Positions 8,149-16,840 of a stretch of 64,000 nucleotides of DNA are shown piece by piece. A model generated the notes under the pieces. The model did not search any database. It saw only the letters and a program-made list of their open reading frames with translations, and was not told the DNA's origin. Every line of letters starts with the position of its first letter. Within the stretch, counting starts at the first letter, position 1. The position numbers and the translations under genes were made by a program. Origin of the DNA: an uncultured Thioalkalispiraceae bacterium (lineage in GTDB: Bacteria > Pseudomonadota > Gammaproteobacteria > UBA6429 > Thiohalophilaceae); contig CAZEPW010000012.1 of assembly GCA_964514215.1 (NCBI GenBank), forward strand, positions 834 to 64,833, in the 5' to 3' direction.

Positions 8149-10620
8149 ATGGCTACAGAGCAAAAATGTTATCATTGTGGCCTTGATGTTCCTGCATCAA
8201 GTCAGTATACCATTACTATTTTAGATGCTGAACGATCCATGTGTTGTCCTGGTTGTTTGGCTGTATCACAAGCGATTGTTGATAATAACTTAACACAATT
8301 TTATCGTCATCGAACAGAAACGTCGAATACCGCGGTAGACGACAGCATTGACATAATCAAACAATTTGAATTGTATGATAACAGTATTTTACAAGATGCG
8401 TTTGTTAGCCATGAAGGTGATTTAAATGAAGCTTCGCTAATGCTGGAAGGTATTGTTTGTGCTGCTTGTGTTTGGTTAAACGAAAAGCATGTTAATGCTT
8501 TAGAAGGGGTTTCAGAATTTCGTATTAACTACTCTACACATCGAGCCTATGTTGTTTGGGATAATAATAAAATTAAATTAAGCAAAATTTTAAAAGAAAT
8601 TCTCAATATTGGTTATCAAGCTCATCCTTATGATGCCAGCCAACAACAACAATTAATTGAAAAAGAACATAAACAAGCATTGTGGCGCATTGCTATTGCC
8701 GGTTTAGGTGCAATGCAGGTAATGATGTTTGCTGTTGCTATGTATGCGGCTGATGCATCTGAAGAATTTACCATGGATGAATCATTGCGAAATTTAATGC
8801 GCTGGGTGAGTTTAGTGTTTGCTTCCCCGGTTATACTTTTTGCAGCACAACCTTTCTTTAAATCGGCTTACCGTGATTTAAAACGTTTTAAATTGGGTAT
8901 GGATGTTCCCGTTTCAATGGCGTTGATAGCGGCATTTAGTGCAAGCGTTTGGGCGACCTTAACGCATCAAGGTGAAGTGTATTATGATTCAGTAACGATG
9001 TTTACCTTGTTTTTATTATCGGGACGTTTTTTAGAAATGCGTGCTAGACATAAGGCTGGGTTTGTAGCTGAACAATTGATACGTTTATTGCCTACCTTAG
9101 TTACCCGAGTGGTTGATGGACAGCATGAAATTATTTCTCGAAGTGAATTAAAACCGAATGACGTGGTTCTGGTTAAAACGGGTGAAACAATCCCAGCTGA
9201 TGGTATTATTATTGATGGCATTAGTTTGATCGATGAGTCGATTATAACCGGTGAAAGTCAAGCAATTGAAAAAAATATTGATAGTGCGGTGATTGGTGGC
9301 AGTCTTAATACGGCTAATCCCATCACTGTTCGAATTGAAAAAGTTGGTTCTGATACGGTTATAGCCGGTATTTCACGATTGTTAGAGCGGGCACAAACTG
9401 AAAAACCTCAAATTGCAAAGTTAGCAGATAAAACAGCGGCGTGGTTTGTTTTGGTATTACTGCTCATGACATCTGTCGTTGCTAGTTGGTGGTATATTAA
9501 CGATGCTGATCGAGTATTTGAAATTGTATTAGCTGTTTTAGTGGTAACTTGTCCATGTGCATTATCGTTGGCAACACCTGCAGCAATGACGGCTATTACC
9601 GGAAAATTAACGCGTTTTGGATTATTAACAACTCGAAGCAGTGCCTTAGAAACGTTGGCTAAAGTGACTCATGTAGTGTTTGATAAAACTGGAACACTAA
9701 CTTATGGTAAACCTATATTAGTTGAACAAAAAATTTATACAACAATGTCTCAAGCTGATGTGTGTCGGATTTCAGCATCAATAGCAAAATTTTCAGAGCA
9801 TCCCCTGTCTGTTGAGCTATATAACAAATATAAAAATCATATTACCGATAACAATTGTAACTCCATTAAAAATTATAGTGGCCGAGGTATTTCTGGTATT
9901 GTTGATGGTGAAGAATATATTTTAGGCAATGCATTATTTGTGCAACAACATTTTAATATTAACTGTTTTGACGATAATCGTGAACTTAAGCCCCACGTAT
10001 TTTTAGCCAATAAACAAACTGTTATTGCGCGCTTTGAATATGATGATATTATCCGTGATGATGCAGTTGAAACGATTAAAGAATTAAAAAAATTATCAAT
10101 TAAAACTATATTATTAAGTGGCGATGATGATGCTGTTACAAAAAATGTGGCTTCACAATTTCAATTTGATTCGGTTCATGGAAATTGTAGACCTCAAGAT
10201 AAGCTACACTTAATTCAAGTATTACAAGACAATAAAGCGATTGTCGCTATGATTGGTGATGGTATTAATGATGCACCGGTATTAGCCGGTGCTCAAGTAT
10301 CAATGGCGATGGGCAGTGCAACTCAATTGGCACAGGCTAGTGCCGATATGATTTTATTATCCAATAAATTAATTCAAGTTCCTTTTGCCATTAAAATGAG
10401 TAAAAAAACCATGACTATTATAAAGCAGAATATAGCATGGGCGATTATTTATAATTTAATCGCATTACCATTAGCATCGATGGGCTATATTGCGCCGTGG
10501 ATGGCTGCACTTGGTATGTCAGTTAGTTCACTGTTGGTTGTTACTAATGCACTAAGACTAACCGCAGGAAACAGTTGGTATTCAAATAAAGATGGTGAGC
10601 AAGCTCCTGAGAATAATTAA
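8149..10620 (+). CDS. ccoI: Copper-translocating P1B-type ATPase CcoI/FixI
   Basis: N-terminal Cys-rich region, CPC transmembrane motif, DKTGTLT phosphorylation site and GDGINDAP hinge. Confidence 0.93.
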   Translation: MATEQKCYHCGLDVPASSQYTITILDAERSMCCPGCLAVSQAIVDNNLTQFYRHRTETSNTAVDDSIDIIKQFELYDNSILQDAFVSHEGDLNEASLMLEGIVCAACVWLNEKHVNALEGVSEFRINYSTHRAYVVWDNNKIKLSKILKEILNIGYQAHPYDASQQQQLIEKEHKQALWRIAIAGLGAMQVMMFAVAMYAADASEEFTMDESLRNLMRWVSLVFASPVILFAAQPFFKSAYRDLKRFKLGMDVPVSMALIAAFSASVWATLTHQGEVYYDSVTMFTLFLLSGRFLEMRARHKAGFVAEQLIRLLPTLVTRVVDGQHEIISRSELKPNDVVLVKTGETIPADGIIIDGISLIDESIITGESQAIEKNIDSAVIGGSLNTANPITVRIEKVGSDTVIAGISRLLERAQTEKPQIAKLADKTAAWFVLVLLLMTSVVASWWYINDADRVFEIVLAVLVVTCPCALSLATPAAMTAITGKLTRFGLLTTRSSALETLAKVTHVVFDKTGTLTYGKPILVEQKIYTTMSQADVCRISASIAKFSEHPLSVELYNKYKNHITDNNCNSIKNYSGRGISGIVDGEEYILGNALFVQQHFNINCFDDNRELKPHVFLANKQTVIARFEYDDIIRDDAVETIKELKKLSIKTILLSGDDDAVTKNVASQFQFDSVHGNCRPQDKLHLIQVLQDNKAIVAMIGDGINDAPVLAGAQVSMAMGSATQLAQASADMILLSNKLIQVPFAIKMSKKTMTIIKQNIAWAIIYNLIALPLASMGYIAPWMAALGMSVSSLLVVTNALRLTAGNSWYSNKDGEQAPENN

Positions 10621-10629
10621 TTATATGCT

Positions 10630-10833
10630 TTAATATAATTGCTTTTGTTGTTCGATGTGTTTTAATAACTCATGTTCAGCTTGTAGCTTTGATTTGAATG
10701 GACCGCGGCTACCATCACGGCAATGAAAATGCCAGCCTTCGAATTCGACAAAGTAAAATCGTTCGCTTTTTAATTTGGCTTGCGGTATTTGTTCTAAAAT
10801 ATTTGTTGGTGGTGAGTCGATTCGTGGTGTCAT
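10630..10833 (-). CDS. Small conserved hypothetical protein (GW-x-F-x-x-R(D/E)G...GPF motif, DUF6316-like from memory)
   Basis: 67 aa. FEGWHFHCRDGSRGPFKSKLQAEHEL resembles a small gammaproteobacterial protein family. It is antisense to the cco operon direction. Confidence 0.55.
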   Translation of the reverse strand: MTPRIDSPPTNILEQIPQAKLKSERFYFVEFEGWHFHCRDGSRGPFKSKLQAEHELLKHIEQQKQLY

Positions 10834-10970
10834 AGAGTATTGCTCGTCATAGCCAGTTAACTACATAAAACTCTAATCGACTTTTTACTGTTGATCTGTC
10901 AGATAAAACTGATCTTTGTGTCAGGATCGTCTTACAAGGTGGGCAATATCAACTATGCTTTAGGAAACGT

Positions 10971-11156
10971 ATGGACATTTTATATTTATTAATTCCATTG
11001 GCCGCAGTTGTAATGGTAATTGCGTTAGTTGGCCTTATTTGGGCGATAAAAAGTGGCCAGTTTGATGATATGGAGGGGCCGGCGCATCGAATTTTAATGG
11101 ATGATGACGATCCATTGGTGCCGCAAAAAAAATCATCGCTAGACAAAAATGACTAA
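10971..11156 (+). CDS. ccoS: cbb3 oxidase maturation protein CcoS/FixS
   Basis: 61 aa with one TM helix, then SGQFDDMEGPAHRILMDDD, which is typical of CcoS. Confidence 0.9.
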   Translation: MDILYLLIPLAAVVMVIALVGLIWAIKSGQFDDMEGPAHRILMDDDDPLVPQKKSSLDKND

Positions 11157-11204
11157 TATTGATATATTAGATTTTTCTTATATGTAGTTAATGAGAGTAT
11201 TTTT

Positions 11205-11306
11205 ATGAAATCTTTATTTACATTCCAAACATTTCCAATGTTTATCCTTATTGTATTAGTTGTGATAGCAGTATTATCGTTAGCCAGTATATTGATTGTC
11301 GGTTAA
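11205..11306 (+). CDS. Possible 33-aa single-TM micropeptide
   Basis: MKSLFTFQTFPMFILIVLVVIAVLSLASILIVG, with GAGAG 8 nt upstream. It falls below the ORF-track size cut-off and no homology is known. Confidence 0.25.
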   Translation: MKSLFTFQTFPMFILIVLVVIAVLSLASILIVG

Positions 11307-11476
11307 TTATTAATTTAGAGTGATAATAATAATTGCTCTATAATTTTATTAATTTCAATAACTTACTGTATTTCCCTCAAATATTCTGAGAACATCTTTG
11401 GTAAAGTTAAAGTTTTGACTTAATTTACCGCTAGCCTACTTAATACACATCGATTTTTTCGAGAGATATTAGGGAC

Positions 11477-13312
11477 TTGGCTAAAATAACAGTACAAAAA
11501 TTAATTATTATCAGGCTCTGTGGTGAAGTACATGGAGGTTTGGTTTTATCTGCTCGTGCGTGTTTTGGTCTACTTCTTTCTTTTTCACTAATTCTAATGC
11601 CTGCGGCATCATTCAGTGCGGCTAAAAAAACCGATTTACGAATTCTTATCGATGTTTCGGGCAGCATGAAAGTTAATGATCCCCAAAATTTACGAACACC
11701 CTCTGTGCGAATGTTAGTCGGATTAATTCCAAATGGTACGCGCGCAGGGATATGGACTTTTGGTAAATACGTTAATATGCAGGTTAAGTATGGCGTGGTT
11801 AATGAGTCATGGAAAAAACAAGCGCGACGCGAAGCAACAAAAATTCATTCTCGAGGTTTGTATACCAATATTGAAGACGCCTTAAAAAAATCAACTTATG
11901 ATTGGAAATCGAATGACCCTAATACCAGCCGACATATTATTTTATTAACCGATGGTGTCGTTGATGTCTCTAAGGATCCATCGATTAATTTAAAATCTCG
12001 TAATCGAGTTATCGATTATTATTTACCCAAATTGAAAAAAGCCGGTGTAAAAATTCATACTATTGCATTATCAAAACAAGCCGATCACGAATTATTAAAA
12101 CTGTTATCGGTCTCGACAGATGGTTGGTATGAATTAATTGAAGATCCAAAAATATTACATCGAGTGTTTCTACGAATTTTTGAAAAAGCGAGCACGGCAA
12201 ATGCTTTGCCACTTGAAAATAATGTGTTTAAGGTAGATAAGTCCATTAAAGACATGACGGTGTTAAGCTTTCATTCTGGAGAAACTGCTTCAAGCTTAAT
12301 AACTCCAAGTAAAAAAATAATTACTGAAAAAGATAATCCAGAGAATATTAATTGGTTCCATGAGGATGGATACGATTTAATCACAATATTAAAGCCGGAA
12401 TCCGGTGATTGGAAATTGGATGCGCCTATTGATAAAGACAATAGAGTTTTAGTGGTAACTAATTTAACACTCTTTGTTAATGATATTCCAAATAATGTGT
12501 TATTAAACCAACGAATTTTGCTAAAGGCTGTTTTAAAACAAAAAGAAAAAAATATAAAGAATAAAAATTTTTTAAAATTAGTTAAAATTAATGCACTTAA
12601 AAAATCATTAAATGATCCTGATATGAATTATCAGCTCAAAGATGATGGCAAAGGCTTAGATAAAGATGCAGCAGATGGTGTTTATTATAGTGAGTTTCGG
12701 AGTCCATTGCGTTCAGGTGTTTTTGAATTAATTGTTACTGCCCAAGGTCCAACATTTCAACGGCAACGAAAATATAGTGTTAATGTGTTTAATGGTTTAG
12801 CTGATATTGAAATTACTGGTGGAAAACAACAACAACCGTTTATCGTTGAAGTGCTTCCTCATAAAGGATTATTACAAGATGGATCGGTGGATATTAGTTA
12901 TGAGATAAATCATGGAGGCATTAAGAAATTTAGTAAAAACGCTGATGATCATTGGATTATTCAAGTGCCTGTAAATCAGGCTGGAGAAAAAATAACATTT
13001 ACGGTTAAAGGGGTAAGGCAAAACAATAGCAGTGTCGAAATGCAAATGGAGCGAATTTTACCTCAAGGTATTAAAAAACCAAAAAATGAACATTTGGTGG
13101 CACAACCTAAAGTTGATGAGAAGGTTGAATTGAAGCCAGAAATTACGCCAGCTACTAAACCTGAAAAGGACGAAGGTGGATTGTTATCGGTGTTTATATG
13201 GGTGTTGATGGTTAATTTAATGCTTGCACTCATTGCTGCTGCAGTATTTTTTGTTATTAAAAAGAAACGAACAAAAAATGCTATCGCAGAAAAAGAGGAC
13301 TTGGAATTATGA
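11477..13312 (+). CDS. Secreted von Willebrand factor A domain protein with C-terminal membrane anchor
   Basis: Signal peptide ending SFSA-AKK, MIDAS motif DVSGSM plus LLTDG, about 300 aa of beta-rich region, a K/E/P linker, and a C-terminal TM helix followed by KKKR. The true start is uncertain (TTG at 11477 or an in-frame downstream codon). Confidence 0.8.
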   Translation: MAKITVQKLIIIRLCGEVHGGLVLSARACFGLLLSFSLILMPAASFSAAKKTDLRILIDVSGSMKVNDPQNLRTPSVRMLVGLIPNGTRAGIWTFGKYVNMQVKYGVVNESWKKQARREATKIHSRGLYTNIEDALKKSTYDWKSNDPNTSRHIILLTDGVVDVSKDPSINLKSRNRVIDYYLPKLKKAGVKIHTIALSKQADHELLKLLSVSTDGWYELIEDPKILHRVFLRIFEKASTANALPLENNVFKVDKSIKDMTVLSFHSGETASSLITPSKKIITEKDNPENINWFHEDGYDLITILKPESGDWKLDAPIDKDNRVLVVTNLTLFVNDIPNNVLLNQRILLKAVLKQKEKNIKNKNFLKLVKINALKKSLNDPDMNYQLKDDGKGLDKDAADGVYYSEFRSPLRSGVFELIVTAQGPTFQRQRKYSVNVFNGLADIEITGGKQQQPFIVEVLPHKGLLQDGSVDISYEINHGGIKKFSKNADDHWIIQVPVNQAGEKITFTVKGVRQNNSSVEMQMERILPQGIKKPKNEHLVAQPKVDEKVELKPEITPATKPEKDEGGLLSVFIWVLMVNLMLALIAAAVFFVIKKKRTKNAIAEKEDLEL

Positions 13313-14028
13313 GTGATTTGATGACAACAGTTCTTATTGTTGTATCAGAAGCAGCCGCTTTTTTTGCAATTGTTATTGTGATAGCGTTAATAATAAAAGC
13401 GCGTTCGGGATTATCGTTAAAGCGAAAAGCAATACAATTTGTTAAACGCATTAAGAGTGAAAGTAAGGAACATAGTGGTAATTTAAAAAATATTTTGTTA
13501 AATGATTATGGTTTAGATGAGTCTGCTGCAGATGAAGCAGTAAATAATTTAATCAAACAAGAACATTTATTGTTTAGTAAAGTAATTGATTTGTATTTAG
13601 GAAAAAAATCAGGATCATTAGATGAGCTTAATGATGAGGTTAAGAGTTTAACTAAGGTGATGCATTCAGTGACGGTGAATGCCACGAGTGATGATGTTGC
13701 AGTGAATTCAGGTGATAGTCAATTTTTAACAGAAAAATTTGATGAACTTCAGGATAAATTAAAAAAAGTACAAAAAGAAAGAGATGCGTTACAAATTGAG
13801 TTAAAAGATGCCATGGATATTATGGAAGGTATGATGACGGAGTATGCTTCAATGTATGCTGGTGGAGTAAATGCAGATAGTTTAGATCCTGAGAGAGATA
13901 TTGCTAAAGTACAAGATAAAATAGATAAAATAAAAAATAAATCATCATCTTCTGATAGTGAAAATGATGATGTTGATCTAAATGTTGATGTACCTGATTT
14001 GGATGTTGACGATTCTACAAAAAAATAA
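13309..14028 (+). CDS. N-terminally anchored acidic coiled-coil protein, function unknown
   Basis: ATGA start/stop overlap with the VWA gene. One TM helix (aa 6-30), a long heptad-like region, and a D/S-rich tail. Confidence 0.7.
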   Translation: MSDLMTTVLIVVSEAAAFFAIVIVIALIIKARSGLSLKRKAIQFVKRIKSESKEHSGNLKNILLNDYGLDESAADEAVNNLIKQEHLLFSKVIDLYLGKKSGSLDELNDEVKSLTKVMHSVTVNATSDDVAVNSGDSQFLTEKFDELQDKLKKVQKERDALQIELKDAMDIMEGMMTEYASMYAGGVNADSLDPERDIAKVQDKIDKIKNKSSSSDSENDDVDLNVDVPDLDVDDSTKK

Positions 14029-14032
14029 CATA

Positions 14033-15010
14033 TTATATTTTACTGAAATTGAAAATCGTAACTGCAAGTAATAATATATTACTAATAGATAGTAATATGA
14101 CTATTTTTTTTAATTTAAATTTTTCTTTGAGTATATCTTTAAATTTAGTTTCAATGCTTTTAAGTTTTGTTGTTAATGTTTTTTTATGTTTTTGTTCAAG
14201 CACTAATGTGCTTAGGTGTGTTGCAAATTTATTTGGGGTTATAAATGCTTCGTCTGAATGTTTGTCAGCGAGTAATAAAATATCAGTTTCGCATAATGCT
14301 GTATAAATATGTAAATTGGTATCCAATAGGGCAAGCACCACTTGAGTATTATCCCACTTTCTATTGTCCCAACAATTTTCACCATCGTGGATAATAACGA
14401 TTCCTTTTATATTATTTTTTTCTGCGATTTCTTTAATTCCTTTTAAAATATTTTGAATGGTATCAAAATTACAGACTGAAAATACCACGTCAGTGTAATG
14501 AACTGATTGGTTAGTTTTTGAAATAAAATCAGCAAAACCGTGACGGGTTGATAAGACACAAAGTTCATTAATTTTATATTGCGTTAAAAATTGTTTTAAT
14601 GATAGCAATTGTCGAGAATTGTGCTGTGTTAAAAATTTAGATGGACGTTTTTCAATTTTATATTCATTGAGCATTTCACCTTCGATGGATATTTTTATAC
14701 CATCGCGTTGATAGTTTGGGCTTGTGTGTAGCGCACCGACGATTTCAATATGTTGCCCGCGGAGTTGTAGTTTTGTATTTGGTCTTATTTTAAATTCAAT
14801 GCAGCTTTCAGAATCTCCAATTTCGCCGTACAGATAAATAGGATCTTCATTATTTGGCCATGGTCGTATGGCTAAAACCTCACCTCTTACTTTAACCGTA
14901 AATTTAGGTAACTCGATTTGTAGCATATTGAGTAATGTTGTTGGAGAAAGTGAATCACTTATAGTGGATGATTCAGAATTAACTGGGTTGCAAAAAGCGT
15001 GACGATCCAT
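14033..15010 (-). CDS. Exodeoxyribonuclease VII large-subunit (XseA)-like protein with degenerate motifs and a C-terminal TM anchor
   Basis: N-terminal OB-like segment (FTVKVRGEVLAI...YLYGEIGD...IEFKI...HIEIVGAL). The central segment GIVIIHDGENCWDNRKWDN...YTALCETDILLLADKHSDEAFITPNKFA is collinear with E. coli XseA LIVGRGGGSLEDLWSFNDE...[27 protein letters not shown], which I recalled from memory. A coiled coil and a terminal TM helix follow. Confidence 0.55.
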   Translation of the reverse strand: MDRHAFCNPVNSESSTISDSLSPTTLLNMLQIELPKFTVKVRGEVLAIRPWPNNEDPIYLYGEIGDSESCIEFKIRPNTKLQLRGQHIEIVGALHTSPNYQRDGIKISIEGEMLNEYKIEKRPSKFLTQHNSRQLLSLKQFLTQYKINELCVLSTRHGFADFISKTNQSVHYTDVVFSVCNFDTIQNILKGIKEIAEKNNIKGIVIIHDGENCWDNRKWDNTQVVLALLDTNLHIYTALCETDILLLADKHSDEAFITPNKFATHLSTLVLEQKHKKTLTTKLKSIETKFKDILKEKFKLKKIVILLSISNILLLAVTIFNFSKI

Positions 15011-15032
15011 GACATAGCCTATGTAGTCTAAT

Positions 15033-15494
15033 TTAATTTATTGGTTTTTTTTTGAAAATATCGATTTTTTTTTCTAGATTACTTAATTCGACAAATAATT
15101 CATGTACACAATTTTCTGAGTGTTGTAATACATTTTCAAAACTGAGTATTTGATTTTGTACTTTTTTGTCAATAATACTATTATCGTCAGATAAAAACTG
15201 TTGAAATGAGATGATTCGGCTTTTTAACGGTAAATCATTTAATTTTTTTATAAGGTTGTTATTTGCTGTTCGACGTTCAAACATTTTGACAAGAAATTCT
15301 ACTGGAATTTTATTTATTGCCTCATTAAATTTTTCATCGGTGTTTTTGTCAAGTAAGCCAACTTTTTCAGCTACGGCCATCATGTCTGTGCGGTATATAT
15401 ACTGTTTTAGTGCTTCTTCGATGTATTGATAATTTAGTAAAGCATTAGGAAATTTGCGTTTGTAATCTGTTACCATGTGCATCATTTTAAACAA
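15033..15494 (-). CDS. Hypothetical all-helical protein, first gene of the XseA-like operon
   Basis: 153 aa, 22 nt upstream of the XseA-like gene on the same strand. No motif recognised. The start may be an internal ATG (MMHMV). Confidence 0.6.
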   Translation of the reverse strand: MFKMMHMVTDYKRKFPNALLNYQYIEEALKQYIYRTDMMAVAEKVGLLDKNTDEKFNEAINKIPVEFLVKMFERRTANNNLIKKLNDLPLKSRIISFQQFLSDDNSIIDKKVQNQILSFENVLQHSENCVHELFVELSNLEKKIDIFKKKPIN

Positions 15495-15862
15495 AATTTA
15501 TTTATTAGACTAGCGATATTCGATTTCAATATTTGATTCTGGGCTTATTTGAGCTGCTCTCGATGTGGTTAAATATTAAAACCCTGATTATTTAACCATA
15601 ATTCAAAAAAAATTAAAATAATTCTATAATTTTAATCCAGTTCTCAGTTTTGTGTGAGAAAATAAACTATATAAAGCACATACCATTAATAAAGTATGAA
15701 TAGTGACTACTGGCTCGGCTGTTGGGTTTATGCATGTTTTTGTTTAATCACAACAAATTGAACTGTTATTACCTTTCTAACTCGTGTATGTTTGTGTTCT
15801 TAATCCTTTTGAAATTTAAATTTTAAGAGAGTTACCAAAGTATTTACGGGAGGATAAGCTAA

Positions 15863-16441
15863 ATGGGAATTTTTCAGAAATCCAAAGACAATGACGACAT
15901 GGAGGCAGACAATATGGCTCAAAATAATTCAACACAAATTAATGCAACGGATGATTCTAATCGTGACAGCCGCTGGCAAAAAAAGGGTTCGAGCGGAGCA
16001 AGTAATTCTTCCGATGAATCAACACCTCGCGATTCTCAATTAGGTAATAAAATTTCATCTTTTAATTATGGAATCGAGGAAGCCGTTGGGTTAATGCGCA
16101 AGCTTCCTGATGTTGATACTGACGTTGTTATAACGGTTGTTAGAAAAACGTTAGAGTCTGCAAATGTTCGTGTTAATGAAATTATTTCTGATGCTGAAAA
16201 GAAAGAAGGTAATATAAACAAGCGCACCAATACCTTGACCTCAGAAATTGAAGAACTACAGAAAAAAATTACACTTAGAAATAAAGAAATTTCAATATTA
16301 ACGAAAGATTTACAAGAAACAACGAAAGTTAAAAAATTGTTACAGCAAGGTGAACGTGAAGCAAAGTCTAATAGCAGCTCTGCACCAGCTGAGCAAACTG
16401 ATAATACCGCTGAAGCGAATACGAATAACGCATCTGCATAA
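15863..16441 (+). CDS. Hypothetical protein: disordered N-terminus plus coiled coil
   Basis: Strong SD (GGGAGGA) 8 nt upstream. A polar low-complexity stretch of about 70 aa is followed by LMRKLPDVDTDVVITVVRKTLESANV and a heptad-like region. Confidence 0.7.
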   Translation: MGIFQKSKDNDDMEADNMAQNNSTQINATDDSNRDSRWQKKGSSGASNSSDESTPRDSQLGNKISSFNYGIEEAVGLMRKLPDVDTDVVITVVRKTLESANVRVNEIISDAEKKEGNINKRTNTLTSEIEELQKKITLRNKEISILTKDLQETTKVKKLLQQGEREAKSNSSSAPAEQTDNTAEANTNNASA

Positions 16442-16840
16442 TCTAAGTTTATTGTGCTTATCATATAGCAGTAGAATATTTATTTTACTGCTTGGCTATC
16501 TTGGAGCTGTGCATTTATGATTAGTTATCGTGGCAAAATAACATACTCCAGATAATTCTTCACAACTGAATTTGAATGTTATTAGTGTTTTTGATAAAAC
16601 TTGAAATATTCAGTGCTTTTATTAAAAACATGTCTTATACCCTGCATCTATTATTATCTTTTAATCTTATTTAAATTTCTAAAAAAAGCCCCTGTATTCG
16701 ACTTATGAATGCTTTTTCAAATTTAGCATGAGTAATCATTGGTTAATTTATTATCAGAACTTTAGGTTATTGAGAGTGATTTACTGTTTTGTTTTTGTAG
16801 TTTCGCTATATAATGACAGCTTATGTCTTTGGAGAAAAAT

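Noticed and set aside
16066-16464. 132-aa minus-strand ORF overlapping the 192-aa gene
   Set aside because: It has the Ser/Phe/Cys/Leu-rich composition typical of an antisense frame to a Lys/Glu-rich gene. The plus-strand gene has a consensus SD and a plausible domain layout.
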